A stretch of 38,289 nt of DNA from Octopus bimaculoides (Eukaryota). The stretch covers positions 44,086,978 through 44,125,266 of the forward strand of contig NC_068981.1 of assembly GCF_001194135.2 (NCBI RefSeq), read 5' to 3'. Under the pieces are notes generated by a model, which saw only the letters and a program-made list of their open reading frames with translations, was not told the DNA's origin and searched no databases. Position 1 is the stretch's first letter. Every line of letters begins with the position of its first letter. A program made the position numbers and the translations under genes. Shown here piece after piece: positions 34,889 to 38,289 of the stretch.

Positions 34889-37792
34889 TTTTATATATAA
34901 GAGTTACTGTTACTGTGTTACTGTTAACTGTGACATCGAGTTTTACCTGTTGTGATGCTTATTCAAGCAAACTAAATATGTTTTCAATAAGCGTGGGCCA
35001 GATGCAGTTTGCTGGTTATTATTTTCAATTGTAAAAATTTCGAATCTACCACCTTTTACGTCCTTTTTTAAGAAAATGTTTTAGTCTGCTTTTTTTTACT
35101 TAGTTTAGGCAACTGGTCAGTAAGAAAGAATTCGTACGACGACACATTCCGACCCGATATAGGATGATAAATCATTTTTATCGTCAATTCAAGCTGCTTC
35201 TAAAACGCATAGTGGCATTGATACACCATTGGAATAACTGCCAATAATATTATTTGGCATCATATCATTGGTTAAATCGGTAGTTGGTTTTATTTCAACA
35301 GGAATAGTATATTGTAGTATATTAAATCTAGCCAGACAAATGTCCGTTGGAGATTCTTAGACAGTTCATGACCCGTCTACTTATGCACAGTGGTTGCAGC
35401 AATATAAGTCCGATTTGCCAAAAACTATACCAAAGGAACACAAAGCTTATACATACGTTTCTACAAATAGTGGTACTAAATATCTTGGCATCCGCAACAG
35501 TACAGAGCAGTGCAAAGGCATCTGAAGACTCCTTATAGTGGAGCCTATAATGTTTTGCTTGCTAATTCAGAATATTTTGTGACTGATGCCCGTTAAAACC
35601 GAAATGGTCTGTATCGACAAAATAAAAAAAAAAGACTTCCTTTGATTCTAAACTTTCACTCACGAACTAACTCAATACTTCAACTCCAAAACAACAGTTT
35701 AAAAAATCCCCAGTAGATGGCATCCGATGCTGACTGCGATTTATGGTGTATGTATTTTTGCTGAAAGTATGTATGTAGTTTTTGTGCAAATTAAAGTATA
35801 TAGAAAATATACATTGTATACGTGAAAACGCTATTATACGTGTACGTGTATATATACAATTTATATTTGTGTACATATGTTCATATAGCGTTCATATATG
35901 TGCAAATTTATATAAATATACCAAATAAACCTATATTATACCTGTACGTATATACTCAAACATACACGCATATACATGCACTATCTTATTTATATGAATG
36001 ATGTTGAAGCATATAGTGAATCAATACACACAGCTACATGTACATATATAAATGAACACAACTACATATACATATATAGATAAATGCCTACATACACACC
36101 TACACATATATAAATGTATTTGAACTTGCATACTAATTATTTAATAATTAAAAAAAAGAACTATTGCTCTTATTCTGTTCAATCGTTAGCCTTTATTATT
36201 TGACAGCAGAATGAGAGAAGCATCAAACAGCTTTTCAACATGTCTGTTGAAGGCAAGACATTGAAATATTTCCCTATTACAGACCACTCAAATCATACCT
36301 AGTATTTATCAGTTATTTTTCACCAACTAGAATAACAACCTTTTGTGTAGCAATTTAATGTCGATTTCCATTTCTTTCAAAATTAAGTGCAATTTTGTCA
36401 ACCTTTATTTAGAGTGAGATCTGCACCACTGAGAGGACTTTCGAACATTGAGTTTCTCTGCCATATGAAGCTGGAGCACGGTTGAAAGATAAAGAAGTGT
36501 TTAATTAGTTCTTTTTTTAACATATCGTGACGCACAGAGTTCATCGAGCCGGTAATAAGTCTAGAGACTTCCTTTAAGATATCCGACAGGAACGAACTGG
36601 CAAAATATAGAATCGTATAGCTGCAGATGTAATCCCAGTTTGACAGGAGAAGAGACAATCTGGAGAAAATAGAGAGCCATTCATTGGTCCAGCAACGAGG
36701 AATTTTAAAGGTTAATGGGTTATGTAATTCCCACTTTTGGAGATGAAGATTATGTCCCATATCCAGGATTAATAAGTATGTCAACAATATCTAGTCTGTA
36801 AATATATAAGATGCCGAGTATTCATCGGGGTATTTTGTGTTAGCATGCGACTAGCCGTAAGTACATGTTACTGACAACACCCAATGCGGCAGGAAGGGGC
36901 ATCAAGCATTGTCACCGCAGCTGCAGGACGATGTTCGTCTGTTATTGATATATTTGTGTTTCTAAACAGAAATACGTCCATAAAACGTATTATCTCGGGA
37001 CGAATATCACAGTTAATTTGAGTATTACGTATGATGCACGGATCTCTCGTTCCCTCTTTTTCTTTCTGTCTCCCTACACACACGCGCGCTTGCACACACA
37101 CACATGCATGCATGCATGCATGTGTGTATGTATGCATGCATGTATGTATCTTTAGTAAAGTATGTTAGTCGGGATGAATCTGAATTAGAAATAAGAAAAT
37201 AGTTTACAGAAAGAGGGCAGCAGCAATAAGTGGTTAAGCAAGAAATTTAGAATAACATATTTACCTACAATCTCGTTCAAATTTACGAAGGATGTTTATG
37301 ACCAAAATAATATGATATATAGCAAATTTTAGAATATCTAGACATTGTTTAGGAGTCTTGTTAATATATCTGTGTGAAACATTTTCATGAGAATATTTGA
37401 TGTGCTATAATATATAGGTCATGAAAATAGATAATTACCTGTAACAAACTTTGTTCAAGTCGATAACTGTGTCGGTATAAAACATAATTTATGAACACAT
37501 AATCTTAGTCATCTCAGGAAAATATATTTGTGTTCGAGAGTTGTGTTATATTTCTGAAAGATTGTAATGTGACGTGGCATAGATTCATTATATCCAGTTT
37601 CAATTAAAAACTGAATAACCGCCCATGTTTTAATACTGAGAGAACTGAAATCTACCTTGAAACCTACAGAGGTGCTAAAATAGCTGATCCCAATTACGAC
37701 GGGATTACGTACTTTGGTTTTCAAAGATTACGATATCTGGTTTGGAGTGATACACCGAAAAGTCCTTTACTGTTTCTATACAAAATCTATCA

Positions 37793-37955
37793 GTGGAGGC
37801 GCAATGGCCAAGTGGTTAGGGCAGTGGATTCGCGGTCATAGGATCACGGTTTCGATTCCCAGAGCGGGCGTTGTGACTGTTTATTGAGCGAAAACACCTA
37901 AAGCTCCACAAGGCTCCGGCAGGGGATGGTGGCGAACTCTGCTGTACTCTTTCAA
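37793..37955 (+). mobile_element. SINE family 2a, 3'-truncated at a microsatellite
   Basis: gtggaggcgcaaTGGCCAAGTGGttagggcag...GGTTTCGATTCCcaga...gctgtactctttca, then (CA)n(TATC)n. Confidence 0.88.
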
Positions 37956-37956
37956 T

Positions 37957-37983
37957 CACACATACACACACACGCACGCACAC

Positions 37984-38065
<82 letters not shown>

Positions 38066-38078
38066 ATATATATATATA
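37957..38078. repeat. (CA)n(TATC)n(TA)n microsatellite between two SINEs
   Basis: Direct reading. Confidence 0.97.
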
Positions 38079-38237
38079 GGCACATGCGTAGCTGTGTGCT
38101 AAGCTTCCTTCCCAACCACACGGTTCCAGGTTCACTCCTACTGCGTGGCACCTACGGCAAATGTCTTCTACTATAGTCTCTGACCGACTAAAGGCTTGTG
38201 AGTGGATATGGTGGACGGAAACTGAAAGAAGCCCGCT
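38079..38237 (+). mobile_element. SINE family 3 followed by a (TA)n tail
   Basis: gctgtgtgctaagcttccttcccaaccac...ggcaaatgtcttctactatag...ggacggaaactgaaagaagcccg. Confidence 0.85.
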
Positions 38238-38238
38238 G

Positions 38239-38289
<51 letters not shown>

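Noticed and set aside
7697-37671. 15-bp match ccttgaaacctacag at about 7700 and 37657
   Set aside because: A few matches of this length are expected by chance in an AT-rich 38-kb window.

Overview
AT-rich, repeat-dense eukaryotic genomic DNA from a gapped draft assembly (10 N-runs, about 2.7 kb, nearly all flanked by (TA)n). The mix of tRNA-derived SINEs, Penelope-like and R4/Dong-like retroelement remnants and dense (TA)n/(CA)n/(TATC)n microsatellites suggests an octopus (cephalopod) scaffold; this is an inference. I found no intact, recognisable protein-coding gene, rRNA, true tRNA gene or CRISPR array. Most of the ORF track is microsatellite or N-gap artefact. Well-supported content: a decayed Penelope-like element (GIY-YIG endonuclease) whose 3' region carries a tRNA-like Pol III promoter followed by a hammerhead-ribozyme-like motif; an R4/Dong-like RT remnant split into two oppositely oriented halves with twin-priming geometry; an internally deleted mariner transposase; a TA-flanked MITE; a probable non-autonomous Helitron; and about 11 SINE copies or fragments from at least three families. 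Several short segments with splice-like signals could be exons of a long-intron gene, but none is verifiable here. I cannot claim a new biological system. The best leads are the Pol III plus hammerhead cassette, the inverted R4/Dong insertion, an unexplained near-perfect 54-bp direct repeat and a tandem SINE pair with a triplicated target motif.
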